Shown here: positions 62,870 to 64,000 of the stretch, piece by piece
How the letters are laid out: each line of letters starts with the position of its first letter
How positions within the stretch are numbered: the first letter of the stretch is position 1
NCBI GenBank assembly: GCA_964016885.1
Contig: OZ024743.1
Coordinates: 265,236,001-265,300,000 of the forward strand
Source of the DNA: Eledone cirrhosa
Lineage: Eukaryota
DNA length: 64,000 nucleotides
Reading direction: 5' to 3'
Made by a program: the position numbers and the translations under genes
The notes under the pieces: model-generated
Database searches by the model: none
Seen by the model: the letters and a program-made list of their open reading frames with translations, nothing else
Told to the model about the DNA's origin: nothing

Positions 62870-64000
62870 CAAGATAGAGAGAGAGGGGAGGGAGATAAAT
62901 GACATCTGCATGACTTGAACAGTTTCATTCTAATGGGTTCTTACAAATGAATGATTTCTAGTCCTGTAGAAGTAATTTAGATTCGATAGGTATACAATAA
63001 AGGCCTATACATTACCAACGTAATGAGTGCCTTTTTTAATGTTTCTCCCCTCCAAATCCGCATCGAGAATCCACCTATAATTATATGAAGGAATAAAGTA
63101 ATATGTTCATGTAGAAGTTTCGATGTAGTTAACATTTCCAAAGTAATTATGTTTTATCTGTTAAAGAGCTGCCAAATCCAGCTCGGTAACGCACCCAAAA
63201 TGTGGCGGATACCTCTTGTGTTGAACTAATGATACAAGAAAGAATAATTACCATTGTTTTCCTCAATAACTGTATCATGAGATTACGGAAATAGTGCACC
63301 AGTGTACTAAGAATTGCCCCGACTTGGAAAGAAGTAGCATAACAAAAGGTCCTTTCTTAGACATAATATCCCGCTCCCATAAATTGCTTCCTAACAGAAA
63401 ACGCAAGCAATCATTAAACGAATTCTTAGGAAAACAAGCAATATGCGATGAGGGAGAACAGCTGAGCCCCTATTCTCAGATACAAGCTCTTCTGTTTAAT
63501 TCCTCAATTTGTATTTACAACTGAGTTAATGTACAGTAAGTCTGTGTAATAATGATTAAAGATTTTTATTCACTCTATTACACAATGTCATTATAACATT
63601 AGATCTTAATTAAATAAATGTTATTTTATAATTTTATCGTAACAGTGTGACACCTTGTTTGATATCAGGTTTTGTGAGGTTATATTATATTACATGATGT
63701 ATGGTACGACAGTGAATTTCTGGATTTCTCGATCGTTTGGCAATGTCTAATATTTTTGTCTCTATTTGTATTGCTGTTTAAGGTTCCTTAACAAGCTGGT
63801 TTCGCTATTTATGATACAGTTTTGTTAACTTATTAGCATTGTTCGGGGTAGCACAACTTTTCTAAGAACTTCTCTGAGGCCCTATATATAGATAGTGGTT
63901 AATGCGTTGGAATCAGATTCGTGAGGTTTTGAGAACGAATCATGAACTGGAGCTGGGTTGTGTGATTGAATAAGACACTTATCTGAACTTTCTTCCGTTC

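Noticed and set aside
63100-63530. Possible transposase remnant
   Set aside because: No motif could be assigned with confidence in any frame.

Overview
AT-rich, microsatellite-saturated eukaryotic DNA. The repeat landscape (tRNA-headed SINEs with a GCCTTTCATCCTTACGGGGTCGATAAAATAAAGTACCAG core, long (AT)n/(CA)n/(CT)n/(CATA)n tracts) looks like a cephalopod genome, probably Octopus; this is inference. I cannot support any intact host protein-coding gene. Nearly all listed ORFs are translated microsatellites, so the window is probably intergenic or within a very large intron. The non-microsatellite DNA is largely a layered set of dead mobile elements: three SINE-like families, Penelope-like element (PLE) relics including a 5'-truncated GIY-YIG copy, decayed R4/Dong-like, RTE and CRE-like retrotransposons, two integrase remnants, a hAT MITE with an 8-bp TSD, two Helitron-like elements and a 2.1-kb foldback element. 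The main signal is at least nine type-I hammerhead ribozyme loci (CUGANGA...GAAA...NUH, mostly with a palindromic minimal stem III) from several sequence families. Almost all lie in short modules embedded in (AT)n tracts, many folded back as inverted repeats, including an ~820-bp near-perfect palindrome with a hammerhead on each strand. All folds, translations and identity estimates were done by eye.
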